Shown here: positions 13,965 through 27,244 of the stretch, in pieces
Numbering within the stretch: position 1 is the first letter of the stretch
Layout of the letters: each line of letters starts with the position of its first letter
Source of the DNA: Octopus sinensis
Taxonomy: Eukaryota
NCBI RefSeq assembly: GCF_006345805.1
Contig: NC_043005.1
Coordinates: forward strand, 59,954,001-60,018,000
DNA length: 64,000 nucleotides
Direction of reading: 5' to 3'
Notes under the pieces: model-generated
Database searches by the model: none
The model's input: only the letters and a program-made list of their open reading frames with translations
What the model was told of the DNA's origin: nothing
Translations under genes and position numbers: made by a program

Positions 13965-14185
13965 TAAGAGCACCGAACTGGCAGAATAGTTAGCACGCCG
14001 GGCAAAATGCTTAGCGGCATTTCGTCCACCTTTACGTTGTAAGTTCAAATTCCACCGAGGTCGACTTTGCCTTTCATCTTTTCGGGAACGATCAAAGTCA
14101 ATATCAGTGGAGCATTCGGCTCGTAATGGCTTTAGACCATTACCCTAAATTTCTGCCTTTGTGCCAAAATCTGAAACCAATATTT
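13965..14185 (+). mobile_element. SINE family A
   Basis: gaactggcagaatagttagcacgccgggcaaaatgcttagcggcatttcg...gttcaaattccaccgaggtcgactttgcctttcatc. Confidence 0.8.
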
Positions 14186-15968
14186 TCAAGTGTCAATTTA
14201 CAAAGGCTCTAAAATGACTCAGATTGTTTACAGTGCCGTGTTTTGCGGGGTACTCAGTTCATTTTAAAGAAAATATGAATTTTAGGGTCTGCTTGGGAAG
14301 TGACAAAAATGAAAAATATTTTAACGGTATTATTAATAACAGGTGAGCGGGTGGAATCGTTAAAACCTCTGAAGAAATGCTTCACGTTACTTTGATATCA
14401 AATCCAGTCTTCTTCAACTTTACCTACAAATACAAATTACAGCCAGCTACTTGTATTGATTATACGAACACGCCATTAAATCTCACCTAAAATGACTGCT
14501 GGGTTTGTACTTTAATTAGAAGCCATTATTAATTTTTGTACACGAAGAACTTTATAAATATCTGGATTTAAACTTCAGAATAATTTATACAATAAATTTT
14601 AGGCTTTGATACTTGAAACTGTGTGCCTTTGTACGAAATTCTATATATCGCTTTTTAATTACAAATTAAACATTTTAACACTATCAAGTTGGTTAAAAGT
14701 ATTAATTTATAATATGTTTCACAAAGGTGAAAAATTTCTCGGATTTATTTGAGTACGTTCTGCAACGTTAGTTGGAATATCTTTTATGTAGGAACATTAC
14801 AACGAATAAATAGTTATCATCCTGCCAACATTTGAAGTTTATAAAAGAACCAATGTAACTAAATGCATCAATTCTCCCGTAAATCAGTTGAAAATAATAT
14901 AATCTAAAATTCAAAATCCCAAAGAGTATATTTCAATAGGTTGTTCCCACAAACATGTACTTTTGAAGAAATATGCTTCATTTTATATTTAGGTAGATGG
15001 TAAGTACTAAAAGTTTTTTCAGGGATGTAGTGTACCAAAAGGGAAAGCAGGAAAACACCGCATGTTAATCATTGCAAATGAGTTAGCCTTAAGAACGACT
15101 GCATCCATTATTTGTAATAACTCAGTAGGTGTGTTAAAATAAATATTATGTGGTATTTGCGAAAAATGTAAAAAAGAAACGGTAAGAAATTATTAACATT
15201 GTCGAAGTCATATACTTCTAAATGTATAGCTTAAATTTACTAAAGGATATGTAAGAAGGTAGAAACTCTCAAAAGAGCATTGTTGAGATCTGAAGAATAT
15301 GGCACGTGGCAATGTGATTATGTCTCTGTATATCAACAACTTCCACTGTAGAGACGCTTGTTCCGTTTGGCTCCCCTTTCCTATTCTCTAATAAAGCCAT
15401 ATATTTCATCACTCTCCGTTTTCTTTAAACACTCGACTCTCCATAAACTATTAGAATAATTTAATTTAGAATTTGAGGAGTAGAAGTTTTCAATACCGGA
15501 CTGAATTTAAAGTCTAATAAAAGACAAAATAGCTAATACTACTGGCACATTATAGATCTGAGTACATACATTTTGTGAACCATCATTAAGAAACCATCCC
15601 ATGACCTGAAGGAGCTAATTATACAGGATTTCTTACGAAGTTCTTTGTATATGAATAAATTCTAAACAATGCCATAATTCCAAATGTAAGCAATAACATT
15701 TCTTTAAAACACCTATCACAACAAACCCTACAACATAATTAACACTCCACTCATACTCAAATGCCCTAGGAGGAAAATTAACCCAACAAAGACTATATCA
15801 AACCACGATTAACTTCAACGCATCATTGTCCGAGAGTGGGTGAGGCGAATAAAACTTCGAATAAAATTCTTGTTTAAGAATAATAAATTTGTACTTTACA
15901 AAATTATAGAGTAATCCATCAGGTTAATATAAAACTGTTTTTATCATAACTGAATATAGAAGGAAACA

Positions 15969-16023
<55 letters not shown>

Positions 16024-16118
16024 GTACATATGCGTGTGTATACATATATACATATATCTACACATACATACTTATATATATATATGTATGTATACATATA
16101 AAAAAAATATATATATAT

Positions 16119-16187
16119 AGGTGGTGCTATTAAGTTAGACATGGCCTGGGCCAATAATGGCCGAAACCTATCAAAGTATCAAAGTAT

Positions 16188-16191
<4 letters not shown>
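16119..16191 (+). mobile_element. Extreme 3' stub of a CR1-like LINE with (TATCAAAG)n tail
   Basis: Reverse complement of the 3' UTR at about 49485-49541, followed by a tandem 8-mer tail. Confidence 0.65.
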
Positions 16192-16256
<65 letters not shown>

Positions 16257-17019
16257 ACACACACACATATATATATATGCGTGTGAGTGTATGTATTAAG
16301 ACACGGGTAGGTAAAACAAATGGAAGGAGTGAGAATTGAATGTTTATATTTACTTAGCTGTAAAATGTGAAATTTATCTTTGTAAATATGCTTTATCTAC
16401 GTTTATGAGTTCATAAGTTTGATTGCATGCATGTATGCACAATCTCATGATTGATAGTCTAAATATATAAGCAATTATAATGAATAAATGGTTAAATATC
16501 ACACCGAATATAGTGCCAGCGCCGTTGCAATTTTATGGACTATTAACAATATCTACAATATATGTTTGTCTTTTAAAAAAAAGGAAACAAAATGACATAG
16601 ATTTTCGTAAATTCAGTTGGGTGACGCCGCAATTAACATTAACTTTAAGAATATAGCATAAAGAGATCGAATCTATTACGGATTTTATGTATACATTCAG
16701 AAATGAAATCTGCGAAAACTATAAAAGATGAAGTGAAATGAAACGTAGTGTAGATGACAAAACGAATGTGTTCCTTTTAGAAAGATAGGGTTGATACTAC
16801 GAAAATCAGAATTAGATTGCTTTAACTTTTTTTTTTATTTTTTAAATTTTATCTAGTTTCAGCTCACGAGCTGTGGCCATGCTGGGGGCACCGCCAATGA
16901 TAACTGAAACTTATCATTGAAATTGAACCAAGATACTTATGTTTCCCTACCCACCCGTTGTTGATGCAAACTGTCGCTTATCACAGATATTTCCTCATGC
17001 ATATGCCTCATTCTCTGAC

Positions 17020-17275
17020 GCAGCAAATACGATTTGAACTCAAAATTCATAGAATCGCGGCAGCTCTCGTAAAGTATTGACTTGCCACAATCAACTAATT
17101 CACCAACTCCGTGTCCTCGGCTGGGAATTATTATTATTATTATTGAAAGGAGAAAATTTAACATTTGTCTCCTCATGTATTCAACTCAGAGCTCAGAAAG
17201 TCTGAACTGATACGACAAAGCAATTTATCCGACGCTGTAACGAGCTTAGAATCCGCTGGCGGAATAAGCGGAATA
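17020..17275 (-). mobile_element. Diverged SINE family A-like fragments
   Basis: gatttgaactcaaaa and aatccgctggcgg segments resemble the reverse complement of family A. Confidence 0.4.
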
Positions 17276-17829
17276 ATATTGACAATACATTATCTCAGGC
17301 ATTTAAGCATTTAAACATTTATTAAAGTTGTCCACTATCTTTACAATTCAGAAGCTGGCTTGATGCGTATACCTGTTGATTATGAGCTAAAACAATCGAT
17401 TATATCTGCGACATTAAAATTCTTGCACGAAAATAGATTAGAATTTGAACAACTGATGTGCAAATTATAAAGTAGTGGCCAAAGTGGACATGGTGATATC
17501 ACATAAATCATGGTGAACAACTATAAATGCATGCTTTTACATGGCCAATACTTCCGTAAACAGAATGAAACCTGTGTGAATAAGATTCATTGAAAAGAAA
17601 AAAAAGATAAACTAGCTTGAGTACAGCTTCAAGAGGGCAACACAAACGACAATATTGGCAACATAAGAACAGGCAATTGCCACAAGATATATGATCGGAA
17701 TATCTGCAATTGTTACAATGCATATAGCAAATGGCTCCTGTACCCTGTGGTTTCTGAAATAATAACTTGAATCTCATCAGGATAATCTACATTTGTTTCC
17801 ACAAAACATATCCGAATATATCAATTTCA

Positions 17830-20540
17830 TTATAAACAAAAGCTAGACAGATATGACCACCACATGTCTACTGTTCGTGACAGCAGGTGTTCGGCATAAA
17901 CTCACAGTTCAGCAATACTCGGGCACTGGACAAGAGAGGGTAGAACAGCTTCATCGCTCTACGCGCTTCTCAGGCAGGCCCAGCTGACGGCACTTCCATG
18001 CCTGTAAAATTTAGCTCGAACAGGCAGTGCGCCTCGGTAGCACTGCCAGACAAAGGATTTTTAGAAGTTATCCATAGGACGAGGCCCGAAATTTCTCCGG
18101 TTAGTTCATTCCTCATTGACACTCAGAGAACGTCGTCGCACTTTCCCTCCACTAGCCATCTATAGAACGCTAGAGTGGAACTACCACCCACCACATTACT
18201 TGCCTAGCGGAGGGCTGTGAGCGCTTGGCACCAAGCGATGTGTCAAGCGCCCTCATCCGTCTACGCCTAATCTAGGTTTGCAGCTCAGTCAAAGAGACGA
18301 GCTGTGGAAAGTGAGTCTGACAAACGGTAACCACACATGCTCATCTGCAAGGAAAAGCTGGAGATACCATAACCCCAGTGCATGTCTACGCATCAGTAAC
18401 CACGGCATAACCAGCCCTCCATTCAGCGGTTGTTGACAGCAGATGGAACCTGATCAGTGGAACCCGGCCCTTCCACAGATAGCAGAAGAGTAAGCGCACC
18501 AGCTTGAGCAACCAGCAAACGGAACAAGGGACGACGGTCAGGCGGTAATAGATAACGGATGCAATGAACGCATTCGCCTCCTCAGCATGATCTTTCAAGG
18601 ACAGCTTCCTCTCGAGCAATTTTGGGGTGAGTTTGGCTACCCTGCTCGTCAAATCGTCCCAGATTTTCTTCACCTGGAGGTCTGGACTAAACCAAACTCC
18701 GAGCAATTTAACCGGACGCCCCAAACCTCTGTTGGACGGCATAGACTTGCCTTTCCAGGTCCGTGTTGCAAACCCACTGACGTTTCCGCGTTAAATTTTG
18801 CTCCTGTCATCGCTTCATATTCTTGTAGTGCGTCGCCAATCAGGTCTATATGCATGCGGCTCGACACTATGGCAGTGATATCGTCAGCGTAAGCAGACTC
18901 ACGTCAGTGTAAGTAGACACACATCCTAGAACACGCAGGACACCCCTCAAAGCCTCCATCTTCCGGAGTAATGGCTCAAGAGTCAGTACATGTAGAAGAG
19001 AGTAGGGAGGGCACTCGTGACAGACGCAAGATGCTGAATGGTTCCCACAGGTGATCATTCACCTGAACAACCGAGCAGATGCCGCTGTACAAAGCAGCAA
19101 TCCAACCGCCGAAACTGGACGGAAATCGGCTGCCTCGAGGACAGCTGCGAAGTATTGATGGTCGACCCAATCAAAGGCTTTATATTAATCTAAATTGATC
19201 AGAGCCCCACTCATGTCGGCTTCGTTACCTACCCTATCTATGATGTAGCGCATGATGTGGAAGTTGTCGTGAATAGTTCTGGTTGGGATGACGTATAATT
19301 GCGCCTCGTCAATCAGCTTGTCCACAACAAGCGCCAACCTCTTGGATAACACCTTGGCTAAACGTCTTCCATTCTGCATTGAGCAGAGTGATAGGCCTGA
19401 TGTTTTCTATAACACCTCCATTGTTTGGGTCTTTCTCAGCAGTGCCACCTGCTCCGCGACAGACAAAAGTGAGAATTCTCCCATTCTGCTGCCAGTTGTA
19501 ATAAACGTCTGCCACGAAGCCCACAAACAAGTCTAGCAGCAAAATTTAAAGCTCGTAGGGCAGACCAGACAAACCAGTAGTAGGCCCTCCAGGTACACAC
19601 CGAAATCCGCTCTGTTATCCGCCCTATTATTCGTCCTGAACACTCGAGCAAACTGCTGCTGAAAAGTCGCACACATCTCTTTCGGTTCGAACACTTCATG
19701 TTCGTTCTGGACCATAAAAGACGGAAGGGCGGCTTCATTGTCACTTTTCGCTTCCGCCACCGCGGGCCCATCGTGACACTTTCATTCCCTCCCCGATTAG
19801 TGACCGTGCCTTAGCTCTGACAACGCAGCCTTCGTGTTTGGCGTCAAAAAATTAGTCGAGGGCCAACCTCGCCACCGACACGTCAGTCGTGATGCCTGTC
19901 CTAAGCGCCTCATCTAAATTTCTAACTAAATCTCCCCCTAATCTATTTCATTTTATCAAGAATGTCTTGCTAAACCTAATTGGTTCTAGCCGTATTGCCC
20001 TTTTAAGAGTAAACCACCAGATGTTGTTGAAGATTGCGCCTGTCAATGCCCACTTAACTAATTCGATATCCCGTCTCTGTAACCTTGACACACCGGTAAC
20101 GACGTGTGCAGTTTCCAGTAGCCGGGACCCTGTCTGTGAAGCCCATCTAAGTCGACCGTACAGATCATAAATTTGTGGTCTGTGGAGCCGACCATATGAA
20201 ATTGTGGACACCCTATTTGTCCTTGTCAGCTGCATTACAAAACACCCTAAAAACGTTCTCGATGACCCGATGTAGATTGTCCAAGTCCACATTGGCACAT
20301 TCGGGTAGTCAAGTCGGTACCGTGAAGGCGCATGGCTCAGTGGTTAGAGCGTCGAGCTTATGATCGTGAGGTTGTAAGTTCCATTCCCGGACCGGGCTGC
20401 GTGTTTTGTTCTTGAGCAAGACACTTTATTTCACATTGCTCCAGTTAACTCAGCTGTAGAAATAATGGGTGGTGAGGGCGGGGAAGACCACATCAAACTG
20501 TCTGTTCAAACTTCCGCTCTCACACCGTCACTCAATAGCC
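17830..20540 (-). mobile_element. L1/Tx1-clade LINE ORF2 relic (APE - RT - CCHC), 5'-truncated, multiply frameshifted
   Basis: Minus-strand pieces: WTWT..GSSR and PGYWKL-type APE/linker segments; RPITLLNAE; LAKVLSKRLALVVDKLIDEAQ..IPTRTIHDNFHIMRYIIDRVG...ALINLD; LLHVLTLEPLLRK; AYADD-like site at about 18880-18897; TGAKFNAETSVGL; C-terminal LVQCPSIAEL. The extension to 20540 beyond the SINE is tentative. Confidence 0.9.
20321..20463 (+). mobile_element. tRNA-headed SINE with CORE-like central domain
   Basis: A box tggctcagtgg and B-box-like gtaagttccattccc, then ttcttgagcaagacactttatttcacattgctccagttaactcagctgtagaaat, which resembles the CORE domain. Confidence 0.75.
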
Positions 20541-20575
20541 ATTTATTGTTATTTCTTTGATAATTAAAAAAAAGT

Positions 20576-20926
20576 AGCGATATCTGCGTTTCTGATCAGG
20601 AGCAGAAGTAGTTGTGGAATAACATAACCATGTGTTGAAAGGGATTCTTTGGTGTTTGAATAATTCACATCTGGAAACATGGGTGTTTTGCTTGTCATCC
20701 TTAAAAAACCCTTATCCAGGGACATTTTGAGCGGGATGGGCTACTCGACCTGAATAAAATTCTAACTGGGCCCCAACTGAAAGGCCATTCGTTGTTTATC
20801 TTGACATCAGATTACTATGTCACGTACATATGGCTGTGATGCATGTGGCTGGTGTACCCCTATCAGACGGGTAGTCATGATGGGTATACTGGCTTTTGTA
20901 TATTTTACCTCAGTGTCACTTTGATA
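20576..20926 (+). mobile_element. (TAA)n-associated element, partial copy
   Basis: Homologous to the 3' two-thirds of 5488-6032. Abuts the next copy head-to-tail. Confidence 0.85.
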
Positions 20927-21436
20927 CTGATGCAGTACCAGGCAGTGGCTCTCGTAGCTTCTGATCTTAACTGATTGAAATTGTTATCATGTACATTGTT
21001 TTGTCTGAGTATAAAAGATAGGCTACAGAAAATATTCTGCTCAATACCACAGATTTGCTTGTGAGTTGTTTGACCATAGCCAGTTGAGCATGCCTCTTAG
21101 TGGCTGACGATATGTGCATCTCTGAACACGAGTAGAAGTAGTGGGGGAGCATCATAGCAATGTGTTGAGAGGAATTCTTTGGTGTTTGAATAATTCACCT
21201 CTGGAAACATGGGTGCTTCGTTCAACATCCTTAAACATCCCTTATTCAGGACCTTTTGAGCGACATGGGTTACTCGACTAGAAGGAAATTTGATATGAGA
21301 TCACCATGTCGCGCACGTATGGTTGTGATGCATGTGCCTAGTGTATCCTTATCAGACAGGTAGTCATGATGGGTATACTGGGCTTCGTATATTTTACCCC
21401 AGTGTCACTTTGATGGCATGCACTCCTCTCTCACTC
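20927..21436 (+). mobile_element. (TAA)n-associated element, full-length ends with an internal deletion
   Basis: Starts ctgatgcagtaccaggcagtggctctc and ends gcatgcactcctctctcactc, followed by (AAT)n. Confidence 0.9.
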
Positions 21437-21473
21437 AATAATAATAATAATAATGATAAAAATAATGATGATG

Positions 21474-21536
<63 letters not shown>

Positions 21537-21587
21537 GTAATAATAATAATAATAATAGTAATAGTAATAATAATAATAATAATAATA

Positions 21588-21638
<51 letters not shown>

Positions 21639-21662
21639 TTAATAATAATAATAATAATAATG

Positions 21663-21735
<73 letters not shown>
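21437..21735 (+). repeat. (AAT)n array of about 300 bp, the Dong target tract
   Basis: Directly visible. Confidence 0.98.
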
Positions 21736-24376
21736 GAGAACAAAAATACTCCGCAAATATAACATCACAGAGAAAGATTTGCCTGAAATAAAAGAAAAGC
21801 TGAAGCAAGATATCCTTGCCAAAGCTCAAAGGATCCGCCGGTACGAGAAACGCCAACGCTTCTTTGAACAAAACAAAAAGTTCAACTCCAACCCCAAAAA
21901 GTTCTACCAAGAACTGGGCAAAAATAAAATAGAAGTCACTGCAGCACCAACGGCAGAAGAATTGCAAGAATTCTGGAGAGAAATATGGTCGGCGAACGAA
22001 CCACCAAAAAAAAGGAGTATCAAAATAACAAACTCGGCATCTGAACAACTTTGGACCCCCATAACAACTGAAGAGGTCACCCAGGCACTGCAAAGACTAA
22101 GCAACTGGAAGGCACCTGGGCATGACAAGATCCCCAACTTCTGGTTGAAATATCTAACAGGAATGCACAAAAAGCTGGCTGAAAACTTTAACAACGTACT
22201 AGCAGAGCCAGAGACATTGCCTGAATGGCTCACGAAGGGGAAAACCATCTTAATTCCCAAATCAAATGAAACAGAAAAACCAGAAAACTACAGACCAATA
22301 ACCTGCCTCCCTACTATGTTCAAGGCATTTACTGCAGTGATATCACAAAAGCTGAACAAGCACCTGGACGAAAACAAACTGTTCCCAGAAGAGCAGAAAG
22401 GATGCCGCAAAGGCTCATATGGCTGTAAAGATCAACTAATGTTTAATAAAGCCATAACTGAAGACAGCCACAGAAAGAAGAAAGGCCTCAGTATGGCCTG
22501 GATTGACTACAAAAAGGCGTTTGATAGCATCCCCCACACATGGATCTTCGAAACACTAGCCATTAACAAAGTAGCACCAACAATCATAAAATGCATAGAG
22601 CACTCTATGAATAAATGGCAAACAGCCCTACACCTCCCAACAAAAGAGGGACTCATGAAAACCAAAGACATCCCCATTGGAAGAGGAATATTCCAGGGAG
22701 ACACGCTCTCTCCACTCCTTTTCTGCTTGGCACTGTCACCGCTATCTGATATGCTAAATAGAACTGGGTGCGGATATAAATGTTACGGCAAAACGATCAG
22801 CCACCTTTTATATATGGATGACCTAAAACTATACGCTGCAAATGACAAACAGCTGGAAACACTATTACAGACAGTTCATGGATTTACCGAAGAAATAGAT
22901 ATGAAATTTGGATTAGAAACATGCGCCAAAGTAACCATGAAAAGAGGAAAACTAGTTAAGAGTAACAACATCACACTAGATAAAACCAATGAAATAAAAG
23001 AATTAGACCAAAGCGAAACTTACAAATACTTAGGAATCCATGAACTAGATAAGACACAACACACACAAATGAAAGAGAAAATAAAAAAAAGAATATTATA
23101 GACGAGTTAGATCAATACTAAACACAGAGCTCAATGCTAAAAACAAGATAATAGGTATCAACACTTTAGCTGTCCCAGTTATAAGTTACAGCTACAATAT
23201 CCTTAACTGGACACGAAATGAACTGACCAAAATAGATAGGAAAACAAGAAAAATAATGACAGGATCTAGGATGCATCACCCAAAATCTGACATAGAAAGA
23301 CTATATATACAACGTATAGAAGGTGGTAGAGGCCTTATACAGCTGGAAAACTACTATAAAATAACCACCATAGGACTGCAAAAATATCTACTTCAGAAGG
23401 AAGGAAAACTGATCCAGATAGCAGCAAAACACGAGCAAAACAAAAAACTGTTCTCAGTATTTAAGGAAGCTGACAAATACAAACAAGAAATCATACCACC
23501 TAATAAACATGAAGAAGAAGAAGAAGATGGAGAAACAACAAAAGCTATAAAACAAATGAAGTCCAAACTAAAAATAGAACAGCAACGAACCATGATAAAC
23601 GATGGCAAGAAAAGCCCCTTCATGGTAAATACTGGACTAAACTAAACGCAAAAGAAATAGACAAAGAAAAATCCCAGCAATGGTTGAGAAGCTCAGGACT
23701 CAAAGCAGAAACAGAGGGATTTTTAATTGCAGCACAAGACCAAAGCCTCCCCACCAGAAATTACCAAAAACATGTAATGAAAAGAAATATTACAAGTAAC
23801 TGCAGAATATGTGGAGATGGACAAGAAACAATAAATCATATTATCTCTAGCTGCCCAGTCCTGGCTAAGAAGGAATATATTCACAGACATGACAAAGTTG
23901 GAACCTACATACATTGGAAGCTATGCCAACATTATGGAATAACAACAGAAAAAAGATGATATAGGCACACACCAGAAAAGGTCACAGAAAACGAGAAAGC
24001 AACCATACTCTGGGATATGCCGATACACACAGATAGAGAAATTAAGGCCAACAGACCAGATATAGTTGTCAGAGATCATGAAGAAAAAAAATGCTTCCTA
24101 ATTGATGTATCAATACCGGCTGATGACAACGTGTCTCTAAAAGAAATGGAGAAACTCTCAAAATACAAAGACCTGGAAATAGAGGTAACTAGAATGTGGA
24201 ATCTGAAAACAGAAACAGAAACAATTCCTATCATAGTAGGTGCATTAGGCATGATAAAAAAATATTCAGACAAATACATAACAAAAACACCAGGACTTAC
24301 AAACACATATAACATACAGAAAATTGCACTACTAGGCACTGCACACATCCTACGCAGAACACTTTCCATACAATAA
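21736..24376 (+). pseudogene. Disrupted Dong RT-RLE reading frame
   Basis: Continuous protein across ORFs 21332-23101, 23256-23645, 23684-23959 and 24017-24376, broken by +1 in the A-run at about 23083-23090, -1 at about 23595 and TGA (ex-Trp) at 23957-23959. Confidence 0.9.
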
Positions 24377-24473
24377 CCATCAGAGCATCACAACAAATCA
24401 CAGCACATACCCAAGGCACACAGAGCTGCGCTCGGTAGTGAAGTGAAAGCACGCTATAAAAATAAAACTACTG
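21736..24473 (+). mobile_element. Young 5'-truncated R4/Dong-clade non-LTR retrotransposon (about 2.7 kb) inserted in (TAA)n
   Basis: RT motifs KAPGHDKI, NYRPITCL, WIDYKKAFDSIPH, GIFQGDTLSPLLF, HLLYMDDLKLY and YKYLG; CCHC CRICGDGQETINHIISSC; RLE RPDIVVRD..KKCFLIDVSIP...KYKDL. About 100 bp of 3' UTR, then (AAT)n. This RT + RLE layout with TAA targeting matches the known Dong group. Confidence 0.95.
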
Positions 24474-24495
24474 AATAATAATAATAATAATAATG

Positions 24496-24535
<40 letters not shown>

Positions 24536-24578
24536 TAATAATAATAATAATAATAATTATAATTATAATAATAATAAA
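24474..24578 (+). repeat. (AAT)n tract 3' of Dong
   Basis: Directly visible. Confidence 0.97.
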
Positions 24579-24583
24579 TGCTT

Positions 24584-25060
24584 TGATGCAGTATCGGTGG
24601 TTCTTATGATCTACTTCAATTATTCTGCTTAGTACTACAGATTTACTTGTCTGTTGTTTGACCTTCATTATTTCAGTATGTCCCTTAATGGCTGACGATA
24701 TGTGCATCTCTGATCCCGCGATGAAGTAGTGGGGATGCATCATAGCCATGTGTTGAGAGAAATTCTTTGGGGTTTCAACAATGCACCTCTTGGAACATGA
24801 GTGTTTTATTCATCATCTTAAACCTTATTCACGGACATTTGAGCGTGATGGGCTACTCGAACTGAAGAAAATTCTAACTGGGCTCGACTTGCAAGGTCAT
24901 GCGCTGTTTACCGTCTATACAATATCACCATGTCACGTACTTATGGTTGTGATGCATATGCCTGGTGTACCCTACTCAGACGGGTAGTCTTAATGGGTGA
25001 ACTGAGTTTCGTATATTTTACTCGAGTGACATATTGATGGCATGCACTGGTCTCTCACCC
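24584..25060 (+). mobile_element. (TAA)n-associated element, more diverged copy with an internal deletion
   Basis: Starts tgatgcagtatcggtggttcttatg and ends gcatgcactggtctctcaccc, followed by (AAT/GAT)n. Confidence 0.85.
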
Positions 25061-25104
25061 AATAATACTAATACTAATAATGATGATGATGATGATGATG
25101 AAGT

Positions 25105-25135
<31 letters not shown>

Positions 25136-25217
25136 AAGAATAATAACAACCAGAAGAATAACAATAATAATAATAACAATATTAATGATGATGATGATGA
25201 TGATAACAATAATAATA
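25061..25217 (+). repeat. Compound (AAT)/(GAT)/(AAC) array
   Basis: Directly visible. Confidence 0.95.
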
Positions 25218-25977
25218 ATCCAATGTACTATAGGCACAAACCATGACATTTTGGTGCTTAACGAGTCCTTATATTGTTGACTCCGAACGATTCATGGGTA
25301 ATTGAACGGAAGGCAAAACTGGAAGAAGTGCTCCTAAACTTTTTGTCCGGCGTTCAAGCGAATCTACCAACTCCCCAACAACAGCAATAAAACAACAACA
25401 AAGTTAAAACAATAACGAGGCTCCGGCGTGGGTGTGTGAACCCCGCTATACTCTTTCACCACAACTTTCTCTAGCTCTTTTTTCCTACTCCTGCCACAAA
25501 GCAGAGGAACTATGGTGTAACCCACTATGGTGTAGTAAACTTTCAGACCCAAGTCTATATTGCGAATCCTCTGTATCCAATGATGGTACAGCTCTCCACC
25601 CGTTTCAAGCCACCGTTTACAGAATGAGGTTAACAACGTAGCTTTCGCGCCCGTGCAACCGACAGTCTATCGCGGGTGGTGGGTGGATCTTCAAGTTGCC
25701 GCACGCATTCTTTGTAGCTTAGAGTATGCTCGAATTAGAGATTATACTTTGTGGCTAATGACGTGAGTCCTGATTGGAAGAAGAACACAACGACGGTGAC
25801 AATTGCAGCAGCTGTAGTAGCAACAACACTCAGCAACAGCAGCACCTCCCAGTGGTATCAGGCGTCAACGAAGAGCCCCCGACTACAACAAGATGACCAA
25901 AGTTTTTTTCTCCAAGTTCTGTGGGCTCCCTAAGCCCTAAACCATCACCTTATCACCCTTACCCGTCTTGTCGCTTA

Positions 25978-26025
25978 ACAACAACAACAGCAACAACAGT
26001 ACCAACAGCAGCAACTGCAGCAACG

Positions 26026-26091
<66 letters not shown>

Positions 26092-26180
26092 CATGAAGAG
26101 AAGATTGATGATGATGGTGATGATCATGATGATGATAATGGTGACGTCGATAGCGATGATGATAATGGTGTAGACTATGA
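25978..26180. repeat. Compound (ACA)(GCA)(GTA)(GAT) array
   Basis: Directly visible. Confidence 0.95.
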
Positions 26181-26321
26181 TGACAATGTTTAAATTGATA
26201 AGATTTAATACTCGCTCGATGCCACAAATTATTGAAAGAGACATTCGAACACGTTCAACGTCTCCATTGATGTATGAATGTATGTGAGTGTGTATGAATG
26301 TATGCACGAATGTTTCTATGA

Positions 26322-26358
<37 letters not shown>

Positions 26359-26419
26359 TGTAGAGGTAGGTACGTACATATATGTTTATATATATGCATA
26401 TGTTTTATTTTATTTATTA

Positions 26420-26513
<94 letters not shown>

Positions 26514-27112
26514 GTACATATATATGTATGTATATATGTATATACATATTTATAGATATGTATATATATAGATGTGTGTGTATGTGTTTTAATTTGTGCA
26601 TCCATAACGCAAGTTAGGGTAATTTTCAACATGTTGAATGTTCATTCTCATTTGTTCTCTGAAAAAACTATTTGTAATTTCTTCTGACGTTTGGGAGATT
26701 AAAATACTGAAAAGTCTATTATTGAATCATTTCAAGTTTTGTAAACAATGTATGGATATAATGAATTTTATTTCAGTCAATACAGGTGCAAATTTATTTC
26801 CATATTCTTCAGTGGTTTTTCTTTTAATTTCTTTCCTTTTTCTTATTCTGTTCCAACATAATTGAGTTGAGCAAGTCTATGCAATGAGTTAGCAAAAATA
26901 GTACAGAGTAAAATTAGAGAGCTTGAGTCAACAGCAACATGGGAATACCTACATTAGAATTTCAAAAAATTCAAATAGCTACTGCAGAAAAGTAGACGGC
27001 AATATGTAAATCCATCACATGAATACATATCTGTACATATATATGTAAATATTTATGTAATTAAATTATACATATTCCTCTATGTATGTATTCATACATA
27101 CATACATACATA

Positions 27113-27177
<65 letters not shown>

Positions 27178-27202
27178 GTGTATATATATATATATATGTA
27201 CG

Positions 27203-27241
<39 letters not shown>

Positions 27242-27244
27242 TTT

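Noticed and set aside
21100-21150. CTGACGA...GAAG inside the (TAA)n-associated element as a possible hammerhead
   Set aside because: No GAAA and no convincing stems I or III in any copy.
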